Positions 13,004-28,118 are shown, numbered from the whole stretch's first letter. The stretch is 60,965 nucleotides of DNA, filler included, from Platydemus manokwari (GCA_037951405.1; 5 parts of 5 records of this genome joined end to end with filler, not necessarily neighbours in it), one strand, 5' to 3'. Program-made: numbers and translations. Notes: generated by a model not told the origin, from the sequence alone.

Positions 13004-16000
13004 TCACATGGATTCAAATGCATCGATTCGTTTCTTCGTGTTTCCTTGACGGATTTGACGTAAGGTTTTGAATTTATCCAACCCTTTGGCTTTGTTGCTT
13101 TCGTAAATAGAATCCAATTTATCACTAGCTTTGCTACTATTTCTGGCCTTTTTCAGTTCATCATCAAGATGTTTCATTTGATCTTGTAAATATGAATCCG
13201 ATTCTATTATCGTTCTTCGGTTATTCAGAGAAATGTCATTATCACCATTTTCAAGTACGGTGAGGTCGTGGTCTAAATATGTGTTATTTCATCATTGTGT
13301 ATCTATTTGTATACAATGGCTTTCTTTAGTCAGATATAAATGGTGGATATTAAATTTGAGGAACTACGAAAAAAAGAATCACAGATATATCAAATCTATT
13401 CTTGTAACCAACCAAAATTTAATTGTCATAACAAATTTGATGAATAACTGAGGCTTATTAGATAAGTTATAATAAAAATATTTATATACCTCAGCACATA
13501 TTTACAGAATTTTAAAACAAGTATTAGAACTATTAGAATAATTGAACCAATCAGAAATGCACCACCGAATTGGAAAGTACAGAAAATTGTGACGCAATTT
13601 TTTCTTGTATGGGAGAAATAAAATAGGTTGTTATCATAAGAAAGAGAATGAGAAATCGTTGAATTAAATGATTAATAATTTCTTATTATTTTAAGGTATT
13701 CGGCAAAAAAGCTAAATATTTAATTTTCCAATAAATAGACATTTCAACATATTTATTTACGAAGAAAAGTTATCACGAAATATCGGGGTTTGTTGACAAA
13801 ATTATAATTTTACCTATTATTTTAACTATTACGTAACGAATATAATATTAACTTTAACAGATAATTATACAATTCCATTGAATGATAATTAATAGAGCCA
13901 TGTCCAAATTGGATGAAAGATCTACTGTAATTGAAGAAGATAGTATTATTTGCTTAAGCTTTTGTATGAACATTTAATTATTGAGATCAATGAAGAAAGA
14001 AGGAAGATCGATTTATTATACACATTTAGAGATAAAATTGTCTTTTGGGAAATTAAATGAGATCATTAGAATCAAGAAGATAACCAAATAGTAATAATAA
14101 TTATTATAATAATTATTATTAGTGTAATTATTATTTAGCTAAAATAATATAAGTGTAGAAATCAAAGGTTTCTTGGAGGAAGTGGAACCCAGTCTTGTAT
14201 AAACCAATTGGTAAAGTTATAGGACGATATGTTATTCAAACATGAATAAATTATTTTTTAGGTAAATTCACGATAAATTCATGATAATTTAAGAATTATA
14301 ATAGAATTTCAAATGTCTACAAATTTTTAAAAGCATCGTTCCGAAACCAACATTTCAAAGCATATTTTAAAAAAGAATGATAATTTTTAAACAATAGATG
14401 ACGTGGACAAAGTATGTAAGTCAGTGAATTTTCCCCCGCAAAATTAATCAACTTTAATTTTTCAGAATACAAATTTCATTTACGCTTGATTAAAACCATA
14501 TTTTTATATCATTTAAAACAAAATGATTATCAAAATATTATAAAATATTAAATTACTGTATGATTTCACTCCCTTGTTCATGTATTCAGTGGATATCTTT
14601 TTATACATCGCTGTATCCAATGAAATGCTGTTTTTAAACGATGGTCGAAATTCTTCAGTCTGTGTTTTCATTTCTTGTTTCTCCCTTAAGGGAATTTGGT
14701 CTTTATTCACAATGTTACTAACTGCATCATTTTCGTCGCATGAAACTCTTGTAAGATTGTTAGTATTTTTCAAATTCTTCTGAAAACAATCACATATTGA
14801 AGATCCATATCAAAGATATATTTTCCAAATATAATTTCAAGTGAATAAGGATAATAAGGAATGTAATTGGATGTGTCAGTAGAAATTCGAACATGTTTTT
14901 TCATCAAAAATAAAGATTATAATTTAAAATATAATAACGTGTGATTATTCTTGTGCAGATTAGATTGGAAAAAATTTAATATTTGATAACCACAGCCTCT
15001 TTAAATTTTTTTTAGATGTGATGGATATATACCGATTGGAGACCAAGTTGTAATCAAGACAGATACACACTGCCTTGTGGTAAGAGATAGTTAGGCAGTG
15101 GCTATGGATTCAAAAGTTAAACAGAAAATATACAACAATATAATATTTGATAACTACATCATCTTTAAATTTTTTATAGATGTGAAGGATATACTGATTA
15201 GGGACTACGTTGTAATGAAGAAAAATACACACTTCCTTGTGGTAAGTGCTAGTTAGGCATTGGCTATGGATTCAAAAGTTACACAGAATATACGCAACAA
15301 TTTAATTCTTATTAAAATATAACATCAAATTGACACAAGATCACAAAGTATGTAATACATTTCTCTTTAAATCCTCAAACAATCTTAACTGGAAACAAAT
15401 ATCACTATGACGTCATGTTTTTATTCCAATTTAATTGGAAGAAAATATAAAATTATAAATCAACTATAGTTCTATCGGAGCACGAGAATAATATAATGAA
15501 ATTATATGGAGAGAATTAATTTAGCGAATAAAATAATACGAGAAACAAAACAAGGGTATAAAGGGAAACTCAAACAATTTAGTATATTCTCATTTACTAT
15601 TTTAAATTATTAATTGTAATCTTTGGAAGGCATTTGATCACTGAAATTGCGTTAGAAAGTTTAAAATTCTCCTGAAAGCCATCATCACTATGAGAAACGA
15701 GTCGATATAGTAGTAAAATACAATTACACCAGGTGACCACGTTCCAGTGATAATTGGTGTGGGTGTGTTCGAAACAATCTTAAAATTCATATTAATTTGC
15801 CACAGATTTATTTAAAAACAATTCACATTTGATATCACAATTTCATAAATTAATTAATAATTATCAACGGTTAAAATATTTGTGACAAAATACTTGAGTT
15901 GTGGTTATTCTTGATTATTGAATGATAATATTTAATATTAAAATATATCAGTTGTTTTATATTTTGTGTTATATCTGAAAATTTGATTCAATCAATTCGA

Positions 16001-19000
16001 GAGCTCTATTTAATTAACGATATATCATCTCTAATAAAAAAAATAAAAAAAAACGTTTTCATTTCATAATAAATGTGTTTTATACCAAATATATCAATTA
16101 TATTAATTCGGATTAATTATGCTGAATGAATTATTAATATTATTCTGATTTGCATTTTTTACTTTCGTTTAACTTACAACACGCATACCACATTATAAAC
16201 ATTCGTATGTCTTCTATTGTACGAAATTTTAGAATCAATTTATATCTTATTAAAAGATTTCTGACAAGGCGGATTTAGGAATCGGTAAATTTCCTTATTG
16301 GTTTCACAAAACCTCGCTTTTAAGTGATAAATAATATATGAAATTCATTTCAACATGATTAGTAAGATGTTTATGATAATAATTTTAGACTGCTATCGTT
16401 ATAATTTATCCTTCCATCAATAATGGTTATTTATCATTTTATTTTGTTTTAATTTCATGTTTTTCGTGACTTTATAACTGATATCATTGAAAGAAGATTA
16501 AAGAAGAATAAATGCGTCGAAATTGCTCTGAATTTCAAATGATAAATAGAATTTGATATCATATGAAAAGTGGAAACAATATGTAAATCAGTGGTCTTCA
16601 CGCTGTTTATGTTGCGACCCACTTTACGAGTCCAATTTTTTCTCAATTCCTTGGGACTAAAATAAAAATAATAAAGTAAATTATTTTTAACACCAATAAA
16701 TTAAAATATACATAAACATCAAATCTTGGTTCTATTTCGGTGATGGCTAGTCTCAGTAATAATTCCAGATATTTTAAATTCGATCTATATTTTGTCTTAG
16801 AATAAGTCAGTGTTGAAAATGAAATTTCTCACGACCCCCCATTTGAAGAAATCTGATGTAAATTACGAGGTTCTATTTGATACTGAATAAGTATTAATAG
16901 AGTTTGAGATTTCAGTTGCAAATAAAATATATATCGAAACCATATGACATTTAAACATACAATTTCATTTTTTTTTATTATTTATTATTTATTTATAATT
17001 ATTTATTATTATTCACAATTGTTTTAATAATAAAATTTATATTAAAAACTATAATTATGAAAAATAGCAATATAAATTATTATTAATAATAATTATTGAT
17101 TATTAAAAATAATAAAATGAAAATAATATTATTAAATCGAAAGTGAAGATTTGTAGTAACCCAGAATATAATTAATTAATTAATTATATTAATAATTATG
17201 AAATAAATATTAAAGCAATAATTAGAACTTCTTCGAGGATCTTTTTTTCCTCCAAAAGTAGATTCTGTTGCATTTCTAATTCTATTCTTTGCTTATTTTC
17301 TTGCTCCAATTGTTCTTTCATTAATTCAATACTTTCACGGAATGAAATCAATGTTCGACTTGTTGCGGCATGTTCTTGGGTTTCCTGTTGTAATTTCAGT
17401 TCTATGGTACGTAATCGTTTTTCCGCTGTTTCTCTCGCTAATTTTTCTCTTAACAATCTTTCTCTAGAGATTATGAGAATATTTTTAACATTATAATATT
17501 TTCTACATTTAAAACATATTTGCTTGAAAGGAAAATATTAATAAATGGAATTAAATAATTCGAATTAATTATTTTAAAACTCTATCTTGTAGGACAATTA
17601 CATTTTTGAAAGAAAATCGATTCTTTGTATTAATGAAAAAACATTTCAAAATTTCCCCTAACTTTTCCAGGCCATCATATAAAAAAATATAATTTTTCGG
17701 GTTAAAATATTGGATATTTGAATGATAAAGATGGAAACCGTAAATTTGAATCAAGTAATAAAAGATATCTAAAGGATTTCAGGTTGATGATTCTCATAAT
17801 GAAACATAGGTTTTTGAAAGGATTTTAGTAAGGATAAATAAATTGCTTTGAAATTTTATTTTTTAGTTTTTTTAAAAATTATTTATTTTTATTTTGCATC
17901 ACAATAATAAAATGTGATATTTCAAATGTTATTACTGTAAATTTGGGCCGATAACACTCCACGTACATTAGTTGTTAACTGGTCTATTTTTAGGATTATT
18001 TAAGATATCAATAAATCACTTAAAATCCACAAAAATAGGATTATTGTTCAAAGAATACCATATACAGATCACATTATATCCGTTAAAGTACTACAAGATA
18101 AAAGATACAAAATTCAATGTTCCGAAACATGAAATTTATAATACACTATATGATGGATTTATGAGTGATGAAAATCTACTATTCAAACCTCAAGAAATGT
18201 TTTGCATCTTATTGGATATCATCTCTACTACAGCATTTATAAATCTCATCACTTATTATCCGTTGGCCACGAACATATGTTATTATTGTATTTTGGTTTT
18301 AAAATGAAATCCCTCACAATGGCTGTGACAAATAAGAATACAATTAGTTGTTATGAAATTATATAAACCACTGATTTGAATCATTATTCAAATAATTAGA
18401 TTTGTTTTATTAAAATATAAGATACTTTCAAAGATTATCTCTAAATAAATATATTTAATTTATATTATAAAATTTCAAAAAATTACAAAAATTTTCGACC
18501 AAAATATAAACCAGCTCAATAAATAAATATAAATATGAAAATATATGGTTTTGGGAATAAATAATAAAGAATTAACTTTTCGGCTTTCCTCGTGAGCTTA
18601 TCTTCTTTTGCTTGAGTTTTCATTTGTTGTACTTCAATCGTGTCTTCATTCCGCCTTCGTACGTATAATTCATGATTTCCGGCACACAAACCAAGGATAT
18701 TTTTGTTTATACGGAGTTTATTGGCAAAGAAAACAAAATCCTTTTATTAAATGTATATACAAATCAGTTTTATATATTATAAAAATCATTACCGGCGCTT
18801 TTTTATCGACAGATTTGATGACAAATCGTTTATCTTTGAATGAGATGTTTCTAATTTCACTCCACGGAAATCCTACTTGAGGAGTTAATCTTAAAAGTTA
18901 AAAATTTCCAGTGGATAAATTATGATTAGACAATTAAAAAGGAAACCAAACTTATCTCCAGCCTTGTAAATATTCAGGCCTAATGCATCTACACCGAGAT

Positions 19001-19182
19001 AAAGCTGAGATCCTTTCTTGTTTTTTATTTCGAAATAACTGACACCGTACATTTCAAGGTCTTGGGCAATTTTAAGATATTCCAACATGGCTTCATCTCG
19101 AAGCATTCCTCTATGTTCGGAATACCACTTAATTATTTTATTTTCCCATTGATCATTAGACCAATTGTATTGACCAATGATT
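13004..19182 (-). CDS. ERM-family (moesin/radixin/ezrin-like) protein, 5'-partial, multi-exon
   Basis: Frame-consistent GT-AG exons: 19182-18952 (..[27 protein letters not shown]), 18889-18793 ([12 protein letters not shown]), 18740-18577 ([17 protein letters not shown]), 17463-17229 (coiled coil), 13272-13004 ([25 protein letters not shown]-terminal actin-binding motif). Tentative linker exons 14779-14570 and 13363-13315 preserve the frame. Confidence 0.95.
14570..14779 (-). CDS. Candidate ERM linker exon (70 codons, phase 0-0)
   Basis: TTTTCAG acceptor, open frame [12 protein letters not shown]...EYMNKG, GT donor; joins in frame to exon 17463-17229. No homology recognised. Confidence 0.5.
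14977..15301 (+). repeat. Two-copy tandem duplication (period about 164 bp), each unit with an exon-like segment
   Basis: Units start TAATATTTGATAAC at 14977 and 15141; both contain polyT-AG...CCTTGTG/GTAAG...GGCTATGGATTCAAAAGTTA. Confidence 0.85.
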
Positions 19183-20189
19183 CTTAATAATAAAACAAAC
19201 GTAAATGAGTAATGCCTGGTAATGTATCTTTTTGTTTCTCATTTAATTTTGTTGTCTATCATAGTTAATTTTTTCATTTATCAAAACTTCAATCTAAAAT
19301 TTGAAAAGATATTTTTAGTACTCTATATGTATATAATCAAGAATCTCGATAAACTGTAGCTCTTGTGATGTATTTTATATAGTATATTTTATATAGTATA
19401 TTTGAAGATTTCTCGTCTTTATACTTCATAGCATCTAATTGTTAATATGTAACTTCCATTGATATAACTTCATAACTTTACATTACGACAGGTAGTCCAT
19501 TGATATACCAGCTTTATAGTTCTTTCTGTTTATCAGTTTCTGACAAAACAAAGAATCAATTGTTTCAGAAATTTAACCACAGTTATTCGGCCTCATGGTC
19601 ATCTCATTCTATTCATTATCGTTCATCAACTGGCCATAAGCACTGTTTTTAATGAATTTATTTCATCTTAGCTTATTTCACACAGTAGGTTATACAAGAA
19701 CTCCATTGTATTATTTGATATATTATTTTAACAAATTTAAATACAAGGACGAGATATTTCAGTGATACCTTCAGCAGTATGAATTCCCACTAAAGCAGTA
19801 TTCAACATTTGTACTGAACCCTTAGGTTTCAATCTGTAAGTATTAAACTTGTGGTCGAGCTTTCAAAGTGTTTTATCATGCGACACCATCAAATTTTAAT
19901 AGTAGTATTCAATTTAACTGGTGTGTAATAGAAACATTGAATTGAGATGAAAACGCAATTAGAAAATATGATAACAAAATAAATAAAATATTCGAGAATT
20001 CAAATCTATCGGGACTTTCGTACTTCTTGATTTCTTTCAGTTATCAATATTAGAATTTATTAATATGGATGTCGGGAATTATTTCGTCCATAAATTTTAT
20101 TTAAATTTTAAAAAAACACAATACCATAAAGTCACAAACGTCATATATCTCCATTTATTTATTTATCAAAGAAACCATGGATTTCAATT

Positions 20190-21480
20190 AATTTTTGTTA
20201 TTATATTTGTTCCATCTGTTCCTTATAAGCCAGCCATATCTCATGCAAAGCTTCCTCTTTTTTATATCTCTTCCGCCTTTCAACTAATCTCGGAAAACGC
20301 CCTCATCTATTAGCTGCACGTTGCTTAGACTTAAATAAATTCTCATCATTATGAGTTTTCAACATAGTAGCTATCTCTGCTATATAACTTATTATACCAC
20401 CTTTAATTAAGGTTTGAATAGCACTACGAGGTACAGAAGCTCCGACAGTTTTTGAAAATATATAGAATATAACACGAATTAGCTTTTAAAGTACCGATGT
20501 TTTATATTTATTTAATGTATTCATTGCTCTTTGTCTAGCAACCCTTCTATCAGTCTGGAATTACTTACTTGGCGTAACTTACCTATCGTAAACTTTACAC
20601 AGTATTTTATTCAGGTAATCATTCGAGGACTACTCTCTGTAGAAGGATCAAACAAATACACACATTCAATTCAGAATTCAACACAATACACTACAACTAT
20701 CTCAAATGTCTCGGCTTGGTCTGACCTCAGGGAGAAACACTGAACCACTCTCTCACACAAAATTATCAATCTCAAAAATGCATATAATCTGAAAACCATG
20801 GTTTGTATCAACCGTCATTCATCTAAAATCATCATCAGACTATTTTGATAAAATGGTTTGACTTGGAAAAATCTTTCAAAACTACGACTTGAGGCAAAGA
20901 TCCCGTCAATTGAGTTCACTATTTTAGGCAATCAGTCAAACAAACCCATCAAAATACAAAGAACATAAATTCAAACACATGAACCACATCCATCGATTTC
21001 CCAATCAATAACGTCCAGCCAACACCAACCCGAGAAAAAGATCCCCTGATACTGCTCAAAATTTCATATTCTCCAGCTAGCATCCGCCGACAAAAACTCA
21101 AACAAAACAATTCACTTTCTGAAAGCAATTCGAACCTATACATCGAGCATTAGAATAATTGGTCTTAGCAATAGCGGGCCCACCGGAATAAGAAGATTAT
21201 CCTTCTCCTTCTCCAGGTGCTCATTCCTGAACGATCAGACGATCACCGGAGATCTATAGATCTATGATATGCTTCAATTTTGTCCAATTATCGATGTCCG
21301 GCGATGTCTTGCGATGACGTCCCTCCAACACAAACTTAATTCGAGATCCTGTAAAGTGCGTCCACGATTTATCAATATCAATAAATTTATCCAACATATT
21401 CGCAACCAAACTTCTAGTAGCAGTCTACTCCATCAACTCCCACCAACATAAATACAAGAATAAAAAAAACACTGGGAAGC
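20190..21480. mobile_element. Probable decayed retroelement remnants
   Basis: Compositionally distinct C/A-rich stretch (about 20550-21450) with broken frames, plus a minus-strand frame at about 20190-20480 (..TLIKGGIISYIAEIA..KQRAANR*GRF) reminiscent of a LINE post-RT region; no decisive motif. Confidence 0.3.
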
Positions 21481-22045
21481 TCAAAAATTTGCTGCTCCCG
21501 TCACTCCAACACTTCAATTGCTGTGGACTTCATTCAGGAAGATACCAATATAAAAACATATATTTATCAATTAAAGTCGAGATGAGGGATTCCTTCACCG
21601 CTTCGTGAAGACAATGTTTATGTAAAATAAATATTAGTAATTTTACTGATTCCAATAATCGCATGCTTAATGTGGATACCACATATACGAGGTGGATTAA
21701 AGCTTACGTAACACAGCTCTCTGTAGATTATAACGTTTACGAAACTTCTCAGGACTTTCCATTAAAATCCGTTTATAAACACAAGAAAATGTTAGAGTTC
21801 CTGCTTAAGATGAAGATTTAGATAAATTTTTATATAAAATTGCATCACGAATGACTCATTCAGACTCCCTATTATTCTTTTGCAAAACTATTACTTATTA
21901 AAGTAGATTCTTTTCTACATATCGTGGATATGATAAAAAAATTAAGTAAATAAAACACAAATTATTTATTAAAGATATATTTAATATTTTTCAAAGAGAC
22001 TTTAATACCCTTTAGAAAATCTTATCTTAATATTTTGATAATTTC

Positions 22046-22145
22046 NNNNNNNNNNNNNNNNNNNNNNNNNNNNNNNNNNNNNNNNNNNNTTAATTAATTA
22101 ANNNNNNNNNNNNNNNNNNNNNNNNNNNNNNNNNNNNNNNNNNNN
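22046..22145. other. Unsized assembly gap with TTAATTAATTAA linker
   Basis: 100-nt N run with central linker. Confidence 0.95.
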
Positions 22146-23588
22146 TAAATTTTGTTTTGTTTGTGTTTTGTTTTTTTTTGTTTAGCGAAAAAACCGGAAA
22201 GGAATTACCGACACACCTGGTACACTAATATACTCTAGCGCCAAATGTTTGAGATATTATTGCAATTCTCATTCAGTTATTTCCTTGATGATTTCAATAA
22301 AGAAATTCGTAATTTACCATCATAGGAATTTATCATTGATAACGAATTCTTTAATCCACTCTATAGACAATTATGTGTTGAAACAAGAAGTGTATTCTAT
22401 TAATGATAATAATGTACATCACATATTACAAGATTAGTTTTGCCATCCACCTGACTTATTAGAAATATTATATATTTAGGAAAATCATCCCACACATATT
22501 ATAACATACATATTTTATAAACAATTGGAATTTCTTATAATGAGTTTCATAAATTTCAAAATTAATTTTATTATCAATTAATTTAAAAATTATTTTAATG
22601 TAACTTTTTGATCACCGTTGGGCAAATTTTGAAACCTTAAATGGTTCATACACTTGCAAATATATAAATATAATTCATTATTTATCGAAATAAAACAATC
22701 AAATTTAAAATTTGAAACTACTTACTACAATAATCAGCGAAAAATGTTTTATAAATTTTACAATAAGCACAAATTTCCCTATTCCTTAATAGAGTAGTTA
22801 TTGATTTAATTAATCCTAGAATTAATGTGAATTTTGTTCGGAGAAACCAATTATCATTGTGTTGGTTACATATTTCGTCAATATTATTTTCCCAATCAAT
22901 TTGTTGACAATTTTAATTATTTCATTGATACCTATATGATCACACACATATATATACATTATTATATGAAATAATTCTGACCCCGTAATGAGATTCAATA
23001 GGGTACGCTTTCATAAACCATAATAAGACTACACCACTGAAGAATGAACAATTAAATTTGGAATTTAAAATTGGTGAAAATTAACGAAGAATGACAAAAT
23101 GAGATCCTTAAAATCACCTATTATTAACTAGTGGGGTGTAGAGAACCTTTATATGGTATCATCAAGCATATTTGGAAAATCATTTTTAATAAAGATAATT
23201 CATAACTGACATTTTGTCAGAGATAATTCTGTAACTCATTATCACAAGAAAGTTCACCGAAACAAATACATCATAAACACAAATCCAGCAGGATGGGAAA
23301 ATATTTCATAATATGGGATTGAGTTTTGTAGACATTTCTCCAAAATAACACACTGGAAAATATAAAATTTTAAAAGTCTTTTTAAACAACAACGTTCATA
23401 AATGGTGCTCTAAGATTATTAGATCGATAAAAATGGAAAAAGATTTTCACAAATATTCACGTGTAAATAAAAATTGTCAAAAAAACCAAAGACACCTTTT
23501 GTAGAATTATAATAAAACATAGTTTGTAAAGGCTTAGTCAATCTGTGGATATAAATGATATGTTAGTGATCTGAACAAGTTATTGATT

Positions 23589-26500
23589 TCATTTATTTTT
23601 CGGCTTGTCCATACAACAAGTGAACGCAATAAGTAGCCCATCCAACACCACCTGAATGATCCGGTTTTCAGATTAAATTCATATCAAAATTAGAATACCA
23701 GAATGGCAATTGATAGCCCCAAAGCGATAAAGCCATATGAGAGATATTTCTCCAAATATGGTTTAACCATTGAATAACAGCCTCTTTCTATCGATGACGA
23801 CTGCCATGTTTTCATACATTCATTGATGTCAGTGTACTGCATATTTTTTGATTCACAGCAACTCAATGGGAATTTATGGCCAGCTTGAAACATGCAATCA
23901 AACATTATCATCAATTACCGGACATACCTTTATTTCCTTGCCAATTGATAGCAAACTTAAAATCAGTATAATTATTTATACCGCAACAATGAGCCTGAAA
24001 ATATAGTGTCATTAACTCCTGTGAAATGATTGGATCAAAAATTAGTTTATAAATTCACCTTGCATGCTTATATAAAGTAATATTTATGATCTCATTGTAT
24101 GTAATAATTTTATTATTATTAATCCAATCATATTCATAGTTAAGCTTTAGATTTTGACATAGCAAAAATATTAATCAATCATTACAATCTTAAACTTGGA
24201 AACTAATCAGTTTATCTCATCACAAAAATGGCTTTTTTGATTATAAAAATTTGACAAGTTTGACCATGTTGAATAGACTTTGATATCATTTACTTCCTTC
24301 GTATTCACCAATAAACATCTGTGGTTGTTGTCTTCATGCCATATGTGTTGTATGATTCATACATCACGTGCATCAAAACGCTGTTAAAATTCTACAAAAC
24401 GATTAAGCCATCTGGCTATACTTTTATTAAGCGTTTCTGACGCTTCAGTAATTTCAGTAATATCATGAAACAAATATGACTCATAAGAGGATGGAAAAAA
24501 ATTAATTTGATGTGATTATCATTCTGGATAGACATTTGAATCAGTTCTTTAAATACAATGTAAATTATTGCTTGAAAAAACTTGCAGTTCGTTTTGCATA
24601 AAATTAATATAATAATCAATTAATATTATTAATTTATTTGTTAATCAATTATATAGAATGATGAAATGAATCCATTCATATTCTAAATTCTTATTAATTA
24701 TAATACGAATCATTTTCTCAATTATTCCAATAATTAGAGGTTTTCGAAATATCTGAACGTCTTTCTATCTTAGAAATTGTAGAAGATCAATAATCGGATG
24801 GAATTTAATTCCAGTTGATTAGAAATGAATACGAATTTACATTATCCCAGTCGACAAAATGAAAATCATACCTGGGTTTGTACAACATTGATTATCACCG
24901 ATTCCACATTGGTTGCATTGAATCCACGGTATCTTTTTACGAGTTTGAATAGTTGTCTTTCCACGTGTTGTAAGATCTAAACAAGAGAACCTATCGAAAA
25001 TATTCCCCATGCCATACATTCTCTTACCTTATCTCTTCCCATTACACCGCACAAGATAGCAAGAACTATCACCGCGAACAGCAAGATATTAATAAAGATG
25101 ATAATCTGAAAAATTTTATAATAAATATATTTTATTGGAATATTGCACTCACCACTACCATGAAACATTTGGCTCCAAAACAACACAGCGATATGTAACT
25201 CAAAATAGCAATACAGGTTATAACAACTCCAACAGAAAACGCTATCGCTCCAATTGTCGCTGTAAAAACGTGTGTTAATAATGAATTTTATTTAAAATTT
25301 GCTAGCAGCACTAATTGTTTGGAAATAAATGATATTAAGAAATTGGACTGTTGGTGCAGTCGGTCAATTTCATTGAAATATTTTCGAGGATAAGAATGAC
25401 ATCGTTTCATTTGATTAAAATAATAATTTTGAGAATTAACAATTGCTATGAAATATATAAAGAAAATCCTCACAATCGAAAAATTAGATAATAAAGATTC
25501 ACTTTTTTGGTTTATAAAATTTTCATTACAATGGAATATCCAGATTTAAAAATCAAATCAGCTTAAGTAATCTAATAGTCGTGACATGCATATCCGCATA
25601 TATTTTATATATTGATAATTATAGATTATTTTATCGACATCAAATTTTATTTTATTAATAAAATCATAATTCGTTAAACTTGTATTCGTAAAACATTTTA
25701 TCAACTATAACATAAATTAAAAATATTATTTCATTTTTCTTTGAATCGTCATTATATGGATTTACGACTCAAATCAAATCATGATCTGATTACTACCTTC
25801 TGTTAGCATTGATTCTAATAAGCTACAGATTTTATAATTCCTGACAATTGTAAATTTATTACTCTTGGTGAAATGTGCTACAGCAAAAGAGAGAGAGATT
25901 AGTGGGAACAAAAGTGGTCATGTTACAAATTCATTTTTGTCTTAAAATTAATTTAAACCCAAATTTTCCTTAGAATAAAGATTTATAAATCTAGAAAGGC
26001 ATTGTGTATTGTTTTTGAATTGATCTATTCGTATAAACCAGCACCCAGGTGGATATTTGATTTTTGACGATGATAGTTAAGCTCCATACATTTTATCAAA
26101 GATTAATAAACATGATCATCAAAATTTGATTACATCATGCATATTATTAAATAGGCAATAGGTTATCTTTCAAAGCATCATTGTATCGTGATATGAACTT
26201 AGAAGGATTTTTTTAATATTTATCCATTCTATTGTATTATTTTTTTCACAATCTTTAAATTTAATCATTTTTTCAAACCTTATTATATGGTCAGTCAATT
26301 ATTTCAATATTAATCCCTCCATAAATTTGTCTGAAGTATATTTATTGTTCAAAGATAAATGTGGAGAAAGAATTATACTTTATCAAATAATGTGGACTAT
26401 TTCATATTGAAAATATTTTTAATCTCAAACCATACATCAAGGATGACTCACCTTCAATTTAAGGGATTGCGTAATGGTCATTTAATTATGAATTAAAATA

Positions 26501-28118
26501 AATTGTCTGAATTTCATTATTCATTAATGAAGACGTTAAATTGAAATTTTAATTATAATATGCTATTATTAAACTTGTTTATATATCAATGCAATATTGA
26601 TTTACAAATATTACACGCAATCACTCAAAACATGGTTTTGATTTAAGGAATTTTTTAACAATGAAAAACTAAATAATTCAAACACTTAGCTACTATTTAA
26701 TTATAAATATAATTTGGTAGTTAAATTAATATTGAACGCATCAATAATTAAAGTTATTATTTAATCTGTAGTTATACATTTTTGCAGAACTGGGTTATCT
26801 TCAAATGCGGATTTACGAGTACAGTGGTCTTCACATAAATTTAACCAGACCTGATTCAATATTTTATTTTTTTAAAAAACCAACTAGTTTCCTTATTTAA
26901 AATAGAAATTAAAATGTGAAGCGCCTACATCCCCATTCATGCAGAAATTAAAAATTCGATGAAAAATATTCATCCAATCAACCTTCAAAGGTAGTCGTTG
27001 AATCAATTGATGGGAGAAATAAAATTTGAAATTCATTTCAAAACTTACTGTTCAAATCCAACACCGTGCGTTTCAAAATAAATCAAAAGAAAGAATTTAA
27101 TTCCCAAAGATATTTAACGATTTTTCAAATCCTGTTGATCCAATAAAATGATCTTCATCACACAATTCACAGATTATAGGATATTGTTTTAATAATAAAA
27201 AATAATTCACTGGATTCAAACGTACATCATTCAAACCCTGTGGACTTTAAAATTTGATAAATTTATTGATGTGAAAACAAAATTGAAATCGGGCTCAACT
27301 CGAATTTGTTGAAATCCATTTGTTAAGAACAAATGATTCTGCACGTTTTACGTGAAGAAACGAAGTTGATTAAAAACTAAAAATCCCACACCAATACTAA
27401 ATAGATTCGAATCAGATAAATTCGACAAAAAACAATGGAATGTTAACTTGGTTTGTCGTTTTAAAATGTTTTGATAAAGATCCAAGGGTTTCGTATTAGC
27501 TTATTTTTATATGATTTCTTGTAAAATGGCGGTTAATTATACCAGAAATTTTATTCTGAATAAGGAAACCTTTAGGAGACATTACTGTTTTAAAATAATT
27601 TTAATCGATAATTTAAAATCAATATTTATAAACGATATGATCAGGCATTTATTAGATAGATAATTATGATGGAATCTAATGGTAATATTTAAAACTATTC
27701 CATATTTCCGCTTATATAATGATACCGTTGAGTATTTAATAGATAACACAAACATTGATAAAAGGAATTATCAAATATATGACAATTATTCATTTTGATC
27801 TTAAATTAATTCAAAATTCATTGAAACTATCTACCTGAATTAACTGAAATCAAATTTTCGATGTTTTTAACACCAGCATCATTAATGTTGAGTGTGCTGA
27901 GTATTTTCTTAATATAAGCTGTGAGATCGTAAATCTTTGGCATAATTGTATTCATTCCCCACAGTAAAATTCCTCCCAATGCCATCAATAACAGACCAGC
28001 TGCCTAAATTAATAAAGATTGCAATTATTCATGATTAACTTTATTCAACCAGATTTACTAATAAAATCCCGACGAAAATTCCCAAAATACATTTTATTAT
28101 TCCCGTTATTAAACACAT
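23589..28118 (-). CDS. Tetraspanin, complete 8-exon model (about 277 aa)
   Basis: Exons 28118-28059, 28003-27835, 25259-25153, 25105-25028, 24976-24872, 23994-23928, 23883-23699, 23651-23589, all GT-AG and frame-consistent. Four hydrophobic segments; EC2 has CCG, PLSCC and ERGC motifs; ends FTCCMDKPKNK*. Confidence 0.92.

Noticed and set aside
25288-25473. 61-aa ORF resembling a signal peptide + KR prohormone
   Set aside because: Starts at GTG with no in-frame ATG found nearby upstream; lies in AT-rich tetraspanin intron.
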